DNA from: Bdellovibrionota bacterium
GTDB taxonomy: Bacteria > Bdellovibrionota_C > UBA2361
Reading direction: 5' to 3'
Assembly: GCA_044352465.1 (NCBI GenBank)
Contig: JBILDU010000023.1
Coordinates: forward strand, 1 to 35,077
Length of the DNA: 35,077 nucleotides
The first letter of the stretch is position 1. Each line of letters starts with the position of its first letter. The notes under the pieces were generated by a model. It saw only the letters and a list, made by a program, of their open reading frames with translations, had not been told where the DNA came from and ran no database searches. Below are positions 17,651-26,526 of the stretch, piece after piece. Position numbers and translations under genes: made by a program.

Positions 17651-19255
17651 ATGCCGCTTGGATCGAAGATAAGCACCACCGACCCTGAGTTCCTCTCCAA
17701 CCGGGGGGCGTTTGCCGAGCTCGCGGCTCGTTATCGAGCTGAACTTGCCGCCACAATCGATCCACCAACCGACGATCAGATCGCTCGTCATCAGGAACGG
17801 GGCAAACTCCTCCCCCGTGAGCGAGTGGAGCGGCTCCTCGACCCGGGGTCGCCGTTTCTCGAACTGGGCACCCTCGCCGGACTCGGTCTCTACGAGGGGG
17901 TGCGTGCGGGCGCCGGCATGATAACCGGGATCGGCCGGATTAGTGGTCGCGAGTGCATGATCGTCGCGAACGACGCCACCGTAAAAGGGGGAACCTACTT
18001 CCCGATGACGGTGAAGAAACATCTGCGCGCTCAAGAGATCGCCCTCGAGAACCATCTCCCCTGCATCTACCTCGTAGACTCAGGGGGGGCGTTCCTCCCG
18101 CTCCAAGACCAGGTCTTCCCCGATCGGGATCATTTCGGGCGGATCTTTTATAACCAAGCGCGGATGAGTGCGCTCAATATCCCGCAGATCGCGGTGGTGA
18201 TGGGCTCATGTACCGCCGGGGGGGCTTATGTGCCGGCGATGAGCGACGAGGCGATCATCGTGAAAGAGCAAGGCACGATCTTTCTCGGGGGCCCACCACT
18301 CGTCAAAGCGGCCACGGGCGAAGAGATCTCGGCGGAGGAGCTTGGGGGAGCCGAGGTCCACTGCCGCATGAGCGGGGTCACCGATCACTACGCCGAGGAT
18401 GATCTCGATGCACTCCGGATCGCCCGACGGGTCATCGGGAATCTTGGACCGCGCTACCGCCATCCGGCCGACGTGAGCGCACCGACGCTGCCACTTTTCG
18501 ATCCGACCGAAATTTATGGATTGATACCGGCCGATCGGAAAAAATATTTTCCGATGCGGGAGATCCTGGCTCGAATCGTTGACGGAAGCGAGTTCGACGA
18601 GTTCAAGCGCCACTACGGAACCACCCTCATCTGCGGATTCGCGCGAATCGGTGGTCATCTCGTGGGGATTCTCGCCAACGACGGGATTCTATTCTCGGAG
18701 AGCTCTCTTAAAGGGGTGCATTTTATCCAACTATGCAATCAACGGGGTATCCCGCTTGTCTTCCTCCAAAACATCGTCGGCTTCATGGTTGGGAAAAACT
18801 ACGAGCGTCAGGGCATCGCTAAAGATGGCGCCAAGCTTGTCACCGCAGTTTCGTGCTCAAGCGTTCCGAAATTCACGGTGATTGTTGGGGGTTCTTTTGG
18901 AGCGGGCAACTACGGCATGGCGGGCCGAGCGTATCAGCCCCGCTACCTTTTCATGTGGCCCAATGCACGAATCTCGGTGATGGGTCCTGAGCAAGCCGCA
19001 CACGTTCTGACACAGGTTCGGGCTGATTCGTTCAAGGCTCGCGGCAAATCCTGGTCTGAGGGAGAGGCTCAGGCATACAAGAGCGAGATCGAAACGAGCT
19101 ACAACGAGCAGGCGCACGCGCTCTACTCAACTGCCCGGTTATGGGACGACGGTATCATCGATCCTGCCACAACCCGAGATGTCCTCGCCCTTGCGATCGC
19201 CTCAAGTCGAAACGCCCCCTGGCCGGAAGCGCGTTTCGGTGTATTCCGAACTTAA
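17651..19255 (+). CDS. liuB: 3-methylcrotonyl-CoA carboxylase carboxyltransferase (beta) subunit
   Basis: '[26 protein letters not shown]', '[23 protein letters not shown]', 'GSCTAGGAY', 'GIAKDGAK', 'ARLWDDG', C-terminal 'FGVFR'; GGAGG RBS. Confidence 0.92.
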   Translation: MPLGSKISTTDPEFLSNRGAFAELAARYRAELAATIDPPTDDQIARHQERGKLLPRERVERLLDPGSPFLELGTLAGLGLYEGVRAGAGMITGIGRISGRECMIVANDATVKGGTYFPMTVKKHLRAQEIALENHLPCIYLVDSGGAFLPLQDQVFPDRDHFGRIFYNQARMSALNIPQIAVVMGSCTAGGAYVPAMSDEAIIVKEQGTIFLGGPPLVKAATGEEISAEELGGAEVHCRMSGVTDHYAEDDLDALRIARRVIGNLGPRYRHPADVSAPTLPLFDPTEIYGLIPADRKKYFPMREILARIVDGSEFDEFKRHYGTTLICGFARIGGHLVGILANDGILFSESSLKGVHFIQLCNQRGIPLVFLQNIVGFMVGKNYERQGIAKDGAKLVTAVSCSSVPKFTVIVGGSFGAGNYGMAGRAYQPRYLFMWPNARISVMGPEQAAHVLTQVRADSFKARGKSWSEGEAQAYKSEIETSYNEQAHALYSTARLWDDGIIDPATTRDVLALAIASSRNAPWPEARFGVFRT

Positions 19256-19284
19256 TATCTGGGCTGTCTTTAGGAAAAGCGTGC

Positions 19285-21276
19285 ATGTTTAAAAAAGTTC
19301 TCATCGCTAACCGTGGAGAGATCGCTTGCCGTATCGCCCGCACCTGTCGGCGACTCGGAATCGGTTCGGTGGCAGTATTTTCCAGCGCCGATGAACACGC
19401 CCTGCACCGCCGGAGCGCCGACGAAAGTGTCGCTATCGGCGGAGCGGAAAGTAAGGATTCGTATCTCTCAATCGAGCGAATCATCGACGCGGCCCTCAAG
19501 ACCGGGGCTGAGGCGATACACCCAGGCTACGGGTTTCTCGCTGAAAACACCGTATTCGCCGAGGCGCTCCACCAGGCTGGTCTCAAGCTTATCGGCCCCG
19601 CACCGCAGGTCATCGCCCTCATGGGTGACAAGATTGCGGCGAAGGCGCTCGCGGCGCAAGCACAAGTGCCGCTCGTTCCCGGCATAACCCTCGCGGCACA
19701 AGCGGCCTCTGCCGCCGAGAACGTGCATGCAGTCGAAGCGTTTGCACAGCAGTACGGCTACCCCATTCTCGTCAAAGCAGCGAGCGGTGGCGGCGGCAGA
19801 GGGATGCGCCGGGTCGAAAGCGTGGCCGAAATCGAACCCGCCTTGGCTGGAGCGGCGCGGGAAGCGCAGGCGTTCTTCGCGGATGGTCGGGTATTCGTCG
19901 AAAAGCTCGTTGAACATGCGCGCCACATCGAAGTGCAGATCATGGGAGATAGCTCCGGGACCGTGCTCGTCCTCGGCGACCGCGACTGTTCACTTCAGCG
20001 CAATCACCAGAAAGTTATTGAGGAGGCCCCTGCAGCCAATTTGCCGCCCGAGCTCCGCGCAGCCATTCACGACGCCGCACGGCGACTAGGTCAACTTTCG
20101 AAATACGAGAACGCCGGCACGGTAGAGTTTCTGCTCGACCAGGAGCGTAACTTTTATTTTTTGGAGGTGAATAGTCGCCTCCAAGTTGAGCATCCTGTGA
20201 CCGAGGCGGTCACCGGTCTCGACCTCGTTGAGATTCAACTTCGGGTTGCTGCGGGTGAGAAACTGGGCGCGATCCTCCCCCGCGGGGTCCCGGAGCCGTG
20301 CGGCGCAGCTATCGAGTGTCGAATCTGCGCTGAATCACCGGAGGATAACTTCGTTGCTTCAACCGGACGTCTCGAACTGTTCATGCCACCGAACGGTAAG
20401 CACGTCCGGTTCGATACCGGGTTTATGACCGGGGACGCGGTTTCGCATTACTACGATTCACTCCTCGGTAAACTCATCGTCAGCGGGGCCGATCGTGGTG
20501 AGGCGATCCGCGCAAGTGTTGAGGCTCTTCACCAACTGCGCGCCTTCGGCGTCAAGACCAACGTCGGTTTTCTTCTCTCGCTCCTCAACGATGGGGCGGT
20601 GCAAGCAATGGAGCACGATACCCATTACGCGACGACGCTCCTGCCCGCGGTCGCCTCGAGGCGCCGTGAGGGTGCCCGGGCCGCGGCGCTTGCTCTTATC
20701 GAGCGGCTACGGGAGCGCGCCGGCGCGGAGCTCGATCCGTGGCAAACCAACTCAGGTTTTCGACTGGCGGGCTCACCCCGCATCGCCGCAACTTTTGTGG
20801 TCAACAAGGAGACAATACAGGCGACCCTCAGCCGTCACGGTAATGCGGGATACTCCGTCAGCGCGGGGGAAATTTCGTTTACTCTCAACGACCTCGCCTT
20901 TGCTCCGATCGGATTCTCGTTCACCGTCGATGGGCACAGCGAGTGCGCCGAGGTATTTGCGGGAAGAAGCGGAATTTGGGTCAAGACCCCCCGCGGGACC
21001 TGCTCCCTTGAGGAGATTCAGCCGGCGCTAAAAAAACGGGAGACCGATCCCCTTGCCCATGCCCGCGAGATCCGCTCCCCTCTTCCGGGGAAAGTGGTCA
21101 GCATTAAGGCGGCTGTGGGAGATCCCCTTGAGGCCGGAGACACCGTTCTCGTCATCGAATCGATGAAGATGGAACACCTCCTCAAAGCACCAACCGCGGG
21201 GAAAGTAAAAGCGATCAAGGCTCTACCCGGCGATGTGGTCGAGGCAAACACAGTCCTGGTGGAGCTTGATTTCTAA
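19285..21276 (+). CDS. liuD: 3-methylcrotonyl-CoA carboxylase biotin carboxylase/biotin-carrier (alpha) subunit
   Basis: 'MFKKVLIANRGEIACRI', 'HPGYGFLAEN', 'GGGGRGMR', 'RDCSLQRNHQKVIEEAP', 'RLQVEHPVTE', biotinyl 'ESMKMEH'. Confidence 0.88.
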   Translation: MFKKVLIANRGEIACRIARTCRRLGIGSVAVFSSADEHALHRRSADESVAIGGAESKDSYLSIERIIDAALKTGAEAIHPGYGFLAENTVFAEALHQAGLKLIGPAPQVIALMGDKIAAKALAAQAQVPLVPGITLAAQAASAAENVHAVEAFAQQYGYPILVKAASGGGGRGMRRVESVAEIEPALAGAAREAQAFFADGRVFVEKLVEHARHIEVQIMGDSSGTVLVLGDRDCSLQRNHQKVIEEAPAANLPPELRAAIHDAARRLGQLSKYENAGTVEFLLDQERNFYFLEVNSRLQVEHPVTEAVTGLDLVEIQLRVAAGEKLGAILPRGVPEPCGAAIECRICAESPEDNFVASTGRLELFMPPNGKHVRFDTGFMTGDAVSHYYDSLLGKLIVSGADRGEAIRASVEALHQLRAFGVKTNVGFLLSLLNDGAVQAMEHDTHYATTLLPAVASRRREGARAAALALIERLRERAGAELDPWQTNSGFRLAGSPRIAATFVVNKETIQATLSRHGNAGYSVSAGEISFTLNDLAFAPIGFSFTVDGHSECAEVFAGRSGIWVKTPRGTCSLEEIQPALKKRETDPLAHAREIRSPLPGKVVSIKAAVGDPLEAGDTVLVIESMKMEHLLKAPTAGKVKAIKALPGDVVEANTVLVELDF

Positions 21277-21505
21277 CGGAGTTGTGAAAAACTCTTTTCG
21301 TGGGACGCACTCAACGACTGCCCACGGTGGAGACCGTTGAGATGCTCGGGGGTTTTGCAGCTTCGCCGACCGATGCCTCTGTAGCGGACGACTGCGGCTT
21401 GCAAGACCGCTGGTTTTATTACTGATTCGACGATAGCTTCTCCATCTCCGACGTAGTAAAATATAGGCTTTGAATGTGCTACCACCGCGTGAGGTGGTGT
21501 TGATA

Positions 21506-21529
21506 TAAATCGACGTACGTCTCGATTTA
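21506..21529. promoter_or_regulatory. Inverted repeat (operator-like) upstream of proline dehydrogenase
   Basis: TAAATCGA-N8-TCGATTTA with perfect 8-bp arms, 46 bp before the ATG. Confidence 0.4.
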
Positions 21530-21574
21530 GAATAAGGACGGAAACGAATACAGACTGTCTGCATAAAAAACTTT

Positions 21575-22987
21575 ATGAACGTCGCTCCACATCTCATGGC
21601 TCACTCGACCTCTCCCGCACCAACCGATACCACCATCAAAGCACGCAACTCTAAGATCACCGCTTTCGGACGGGAGATTTTTGCCGACATCGGTCGGGAG
21701 CAGCCCTCCGCTTTCAACAAGAACTATTGGAGCGGTCGAATCATGGAATGGTCCATGACCAAGCCGGAGTTCAAGCTCAACATGTTCCGTCTCGTCGACG
21801 TGCTGCCATCGCTCCGGAGCAGCGCGGCGGTCGCCACGCACGTGAACGAATATCTGGGGAAAGTCGGCGCATCGATCCACGGACTCATGGAATGGGGACT
21901 CAACGTCAAACCCGATTCGCTCCGCGCCAAGGTTACCGCACTCGTGGTCCGTAAGAGCGTCGAACAGATGGCGTCGCAGTTCATCGCCGGCGAAAACCCT
22001 AAGGACTCCCTGAAGTCGCTGCGGCGGCTGCGCAAGCTGGGGATGACCTCAACGGTCGACCTGCTCGGGGAATTCTCCCTCTCGGAACCGGAGGCTCAGG
22101 CTTATGTTGACCGATACCTTGAGGCATTGACGGTCCTTGGGCGAGAGATGCCCGGCTGGGGCGAGAGTGCGCCCCTCATCGCGGGGCATCCCGGCGAACG
22201 GAGCCCCATCTGCGTCTCGGTGAAGCTCTCGGCGCTGTACTCTCAAACGAGCGCCCTCAATTTCGACCGAAGCGTCGGGGTTCTCACGGAACGGCTGACG
22301 ACGATCGTCCGCAAAGCCAAAGAGGTCAACGCGCTCGTTTATGTCGACGCTGAGGACTCCGGCTCAAACCCGATCATTTACGCGACTTTTAAGCGGGTGT
22401 TTTCGAGCCCCGAGTTCAAGGATTTCCCTTACCCTGGTATCGTTATTCAGGCCTACGCAAAAGCGGCGCGCGACGTGACTGCCGACTTTATCGATTACGC
22501 CCGCAAACGTGGCTCACCAATCGCGGTGCGGCTCGTCAAAGGGGCGTATTGGGACCAGGAAACGATCGTCTGCGAGCAGAACCGCTGGCCTTCCCCACTG
22601 TGGTCAAAGAAGGAGAGCTCTGATGCGAATTACGAGGAGTGCAGCCGCCTCCTCATCGATAACTACCGAGATGTCCTCCCCGCTTTCGGCTCACACAACA
22701 TCCGGTCGCTCGCCCACGCGGTGTGTTACGCCGAGGAAAAGGGTCTTACCAACAAAGATTTCGAGCTGCAGATGCTCTACGGGATGGCTGAGCCGATCGC
22801 CCGAGCGTTCGCGAAACGAAGCTATCTTGTGCGTATGTATGTGCCGTTAGGCGAGATGCTCCCGGGTATGGGATATCTGGTGCGGCGACTCCTCGAGAAT
22901 ACCTCCAATGAGTCGTTTCTCCGACATACGTTCTTCGATGCGGAGACGGTTGAGGAGCTCCTGCGCGAGCCGGTGCTGCGAGAATAG
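21575..22987 (+). CDS. putA: Proline dehydrogenase (N-terminal half of a split PutA)
   Basis: PutA arm/alpha domain 'FNKNYWSGRIMEWSM...FKLNMFRLVDVLPSL', 'DLLGE', 'VSVKLSAL', 'VDAED', 'RLVKGAYWDQE', 'GSHN', 'FELQMLYGM', 'YLVRRLLENTSNESFL'. Confidence 0.93.
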   Translation: MNVAPHLMAHSTSPAPTDTTIKARNSKITAFGREIFADIGREQPSAFNKNYWSGRIMEWSMTKPEFKLNMFRLVDVLPSLRSSAAVATHVNEYLGKVGASIHGLMEWGLNVKPDSLRAKVTALVVRKSVEQMASQFIAGENPKDSLKSLRRLRKLGMTSTVDLLGEFSLSEPEAQAYVDRYLEALTVLGREMPGWGESAPLIAGHPGERSPICVSVKLSALYSQTSALNFDRSVGVLTERLTTIVRKAKEVNALVYVDAEDSGSNPIIYATFKRVFSSPEFKDFPYPGIVIQAYAKAARDVTADFIDYARKRGSPIAVRLVKGAYWDQETIVCEQNRWPSPLWSKKESSDANYEECSRLLIDNYRDVLPAFGSHNIRSLAHAVCYAEEKGLTNKDFELQMLYGMAEPIARAFAKRSYLVRMYVPLGEMLPGMGYLVRRLLENTSNESFLRHTFFDAETVEELLREPVLRE

Positions 22988-23077
22988 GAGGTCACCCAGA
23001 GAGTCTTGAGCTCGGCGGAGCAGTGGTTTCGGGATACGCGACAATAAAACTTTTCAACGCAGCGCCAAGGATAGCCT

Positions 23078-24655
23078 ATGTTTCAGAATGAACCTTTTAC
23101 GGACTTTACGATCGCCACTCACCGCGAAGCGTTTCAAAAAGCCCTCGACGGAGTCGCCTCCAAGATACAGGGCGGTGGATTCAAGTCAGCTCCGATTATC
23201 AACGGCGTAGCGATTAATACCGGAGAGACACTCGCGAGCGTCGATCCAGCCGATCCACTCGTCACCGTGGGTCTCGTCACCCTCGCGACTGCGGCGCATG
23301 CGGACGAGGCGCTGAAGAGCCTCAAGGGCGGCTACGCGACGTGGTCAAGGACCCCCTTTGCCAACCGCTGTGAGGTTCTCCGCGCCGTCGGAGCCAAGAT
23401 GCGCACCGAGCGTCACACCCTCTCGGCGCTCATCGTTCGCGAAGCGGGCAAACCATGGAAAGAGGCCGATGCTGATGTTGCTGAAGCGATCGACTTTTGC
23501 GACTACTACGCCGAGCAGATGGAGTTACTCGGCCCACCGAAACTCATGCAAAAGCTTCCCGGTGAAAACAATCACTACTTCCACATCCCCCGCGGTATAG
23601 CGGTCGTCATCGCACCGTGGAACTTTCCCCTCGCGATCGCCTGTGGCATGACCGTAGCGGCGCTCGTCACCGGCAACTGCGCGGTCCTCAAACCAGCGGA
23701 ACAGACGAGCCTAATCGCCGGCGAGTTCGCACGCATCCTCCTCGAATGCGGTGTGCCCAAAGATGCGTTTGCCTTTCTTCCCGGCCTCGGTGAAGTCGTT
23801 GGTCGCCAGCTCGTCTCGCACCCCGATGTCAACATGATCTGCTTCACCGGCTCGAAGTCAGTCGGCTTGGAGATCATCAAAACCGCAGCCCAGGTACAGC
23901 CGGGCCAGGAAAGCCTCAAGCGAGTCATCGCCGAATTGAGCGGCAAGAATGCAATCATCGTCGATGAGGACGCCGACCTCGACGAAGCGATCAAAGGGGT
24001 TCTCTACTCGGCGTTCGGATTTTCGGGGCAAAAATGCTCGGCGTGCTCCCGCTGTATCATTGTCGGCGATGCCTACGAGCCGTTCATGGCCCGCCTTGTT
24101 GCCGCGGCAGCCGATCTCATCGTTGGCGCACCGAGCGACCCGGCGACCCTTGTTGGCCCAGTGATCGACGCGGAAAGCCAGACCCGAATATTTAAGATCA
24201 TCGCCGCAATCGAAAATTCGTCTCGGTTAGCTTATAAGGGGACGACCCCCGCGACCGGTTATTTCATCCCACCCACTATCTTCCGCGACGTCGAGACAAC
24301 GAGCCCGGCGTGGCGCGAGGAGATATTCGGTCCGGTGGTCGGGTGTTGTCAGGCGCGGGACTTCGCCCACGCCATCGAACTCGCGAACGACTCCTCCTTT
24401 GCCCTTACCGGCGGAGTGTTTAGTCGCTCGCCTGCAAACATCGAGCTCGCCGTTCACACCATCAAGGTCGGGAATCTGTATATTAATCGGGGATGCACCG
24501 GCGCAATGGTGGGACGGCAGCCGTTCGGTGGATTTAAGTTGTCGGGTATCGGCGCCCAAGCCGGAGGCCCCGACTACCTCCTCCAGTTTGTCCACTCGCG
24601 CACCGTCTGCGAGAACACGATGCGCCGGGGATTTGCGCCAGCGGTGGCGGAATAG
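23078..24655 (+). CDS. pruA: L-glutamate gamma-semialdehyde (P5C) dehydrogenase (C-terminal half of a split PutA)
   Basis: AAGGA RBS; 'F.NEP', 'EAIDFCDYY', 'PWNFPLAI', 'FTGS..VG', catalytic 'FSGQKCSACSR', 'EEIFGPV', 'QPFGG', C-terminal 'ENTMRRGFAP'. Confidence 0.93.
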   Translation: MFQNEPFTDFTIATHREAFQKALDGVASKIQGGGFKSAPIINGVAINTGETLASVDPADPLVTVGLVTLATAAHADEALKSLKGGYATWSRTPFANRCEVLRAVGAKMRTERHTLSALIVREAGKPWKEADADVAEAIDFCDYYAEQMELLGPPKLMQKLPGENNHYFHIPRGIAVVIAPWNFPLAIACGMTVAALVTGNCAVLKPAEQTSLIAGEFARILLECGVPKDAFAFLPGLGEVVGRQLVSHPDVNMICFTGSKSVGLEIIKTAAQVQPGQESLKRVIAELSGKNAIIVDEDADLDEAIKGVLYSAFGFSGQKCSACSRCIIVGDAYEPFMARLVAAAADLIVGAPSDPATLVGPVIDAESQTRIFKIIAAIENSSRLAYKGTTPATGYFIPPTIFRDVETTSPAWREEIFGPVVGCCQARDFAHAIELANDSSFALTGGVFSRSPANIELAVHTIKVGNLYINRGCTGAMVGRQPFGGFKLSGIGAQAGGPDYLLQFVHSRTVCENTMRRGFAPAVAE

Positions 24656-24791
24656 CGCCTGCGGAGTAGCTGCGGGAAAATCGAGACGGGGCCTGCAACG
24701 AGCGATGACGCCGAAGCGCGACCACGGGGCTCGATGGAGCACTCCGAGACATGCCCCTGCTCAGTCTGGACCGACAGAGCGAGAAGACTTC

Positions 24792-26171
24792 CTACAGGTG
24801 GCGGGCCAGCACCGCTGAAGCTATCGAGAAGTATATCACCAGCCCCGTGACGTCCACCGCCGTCGCAACGAACGGTGCGGAAGAGGTCGCCGGGTCAACC
24901 CCGAGCCGTTTAAGCAGCAGGGGCAACATTGAGCCCATAATAACCCCCCACAGCACAACCGCGGTGAGCGAGAGCCCAACCGCGATGCCCATGTAGCCCC
25001 ACTCGGGACCAAAAGAGGTGCTACCAAAGAAAGGAGCAAGATAGATTCGCAAAAATCCGAGTGCCCCAAGGATAGCTCCAAGAGCGAGCCCGGCCACGAT
25101 TTCACGACGTAAGACCCGCCACCAATCTTTGAGCGTTATCTCACCGATCGCGAGGGCGCGGATCACGAGCGTTGAGGCCTGCGAGCCCGAGTTCCCCCCA
25201 CTGGATATAATCAACGGAATGAAAAGAGCCAACATCACCTGACGCTGAATCTGCGACTCGTAATAGCCCATCGCCGTCGCCGTGAGCATCTCGCCACCGA
25301 ACAACACGACAAGCCACACCGCCCGTTTCCGGATTAACTCCCGCAACGAGAGTTTGATATACGGCTCACCGAGAGCCTCAACACCACCGAGTTTTTGAAT
25401 ATCTTCTGTAGCTTCCTCCTCGGCGACATCGAGGACGTCATCGACCGTCACGACCCCGAGAATAAATCCGAGCGAGTCGATCACCGGGAGCGCGACATAA
25501 TCGTATTTTTTAAAACTTCCGACCGCGACCTCTTGATCATCGGTCGCCTGCAAAGCCACAAAGGTACGGTTCATGAGCTCCCCTACCCCCATCTCCGGTG
25601 GGGACAGGAGGATCGTCCGCAGAGGAATCTCATCCACGAGTCGACCGTTTTTATCGACAACGTAGATGACGTTGAGGGTATCGCTGTCAGGGCCGTTTGC
25701 TCGGATGAACTTGAGAACGTCGTCGACGGTCCAGCTCTCCTCGACCGCGACGTAGTCGGGGCTCATCAGTCGCCCGACACTCCCCTCTGGGTACCCAAGA
25801 AGGGTCAGCGCTACCTGTCGCTCCTCCTTCGAGAGAAGCCCCAAGAGCTTCCGGGATGCCTGAGCAGGGAACTCTTCGAGGAGCGCTGTACGATCATCGG
25901 GAGCCATCTCATTCAGAATGACCGCCACCCGGCTGTCGCCGAGGGTACTGAGCAGCCGAACCTGATTATCCGGCTGAAGATTCTCGAACACCTCGGTGGC
26001 CAACTCGCGGGGGAGTATGCGAAATACGACCGCCTGGTCCTGGGGAGGTAAAAGGTTAATCAGTTCAGCCGCATCGGCTGGGGCGAGGTCGATGAGCCGT
26101 TCCCGCACGGTGCGGAGCTCTCGCCCCGCAACCAACGCCCCGATTTCAGATCCTAATGCCTCCGCCGTCAT
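24792..26171 (-). CDS. mgtE: Magnesium transporter MgtE
   Basis: N-domain, 'YPEGSVGRLMSPDY', CBS pair, 'VTVDDV.D..EEEATEDI', 'SGGNSGSQ', 'DPATSSAPFVATAVDVTG'; start trimmed to ATG 26171. Confidence 0.97.
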   Translation of the reverse strand: MTAEALGSEIGALVAGRELRTVRERLIDLAPADAAELINLLPPQDQAVVFRILPRELATEVFENLQPDNQVRLLSTLGDSRVAVILNEMAPDDRTALLEEFPAQASRKLLGLLSKEERQVALTLLGYPEGSVGRLMSPDYVAVEESWTVDDVLKFIRANGPDSDTLNVIYVVDKNGRLVDEIPLRTILLSPPEMGVGELMNRTFVALQATDDQEVAVGSFKKYDYVALPVIDSLGFILGVVTVDDVLDVAEEEATEDIQKLGGVEALGEPYIKLSLRELIRKRAVWLVVLFGGEMLTATAMGYYESQIQRQVMLALFIPLIISSGGNSGSQASTLVIRALAIGEITLKDWWRVLRREIVAGLALGAILGALGFLRIYLAPFFGSTSFGPEWGYMGIAVGLSLTAVVLWGVIMGSMLPLLLKRLGVDPATSSAPFVATAVDVTGLVIYFSIASAVLARHL

Positions 26172-26348
26172 TCCGTTCTCTCGAAACTTCTCCCAGCCGG
26201 GCCACAGGATAGCGAGAGTAAAGCTCGCTGGAAAGTGAGGCCCCGCCCGACCCAACCGGCGAGCGGGCCTCTGAAGCCAGCTGGTGGGCCAACAGGGAGC
26301 GTGGCGCTAAACACCTAAAAACAAATGATTATTTAGCTCTTTTTGACT

Positions 26349-26375
26349 TAAGGAAGCCACGAAACCTGCCGATGA
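26349..26375 (+). promoter_or_regulatory. Putative sigma-28 (FliA) promoter
   Basis: TAAG-N15-GCCGATGA versus consensus TAAA-N15-GCCGATAA, oriented toward the hybrid kinase. Confidence 0.6.
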
Positions 26376-26526
26376 TATATCCGAATATTTTTTAGACCAC
26401 GTACGGGAATCGACTCGAGAGGATCCAGAGGACCGTTTTCCGACCGGTTCGTAGAACATCCCCAACGATGTTGGTGGGGGCGTTCCTAGGTTTTGAGACT
26501 GGGTGGTTTCGAAGAGGTGTCAATCG

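Noticed and set aside
17651..21276. liuB-liuD adjacent without liuA/liuC/liuE
   Set aside because: Dispersed leucine-catabolism genes are common; not notable on its own
22985..23077. Stop-codon readthrough or recoding (TAG) to make full-length PutA
   Set aside because: Two further in-frame stops, including TAA, plus a separate RBS; TAG is used as a normal stop in many genes here
26172..26340. M-box (ykoK) Mg2+ riboswitch upstream of mgtE
   Set aside because: No recognisable conserved M-box sequence or terminator architecture by eye; an Rfam scan would settle it
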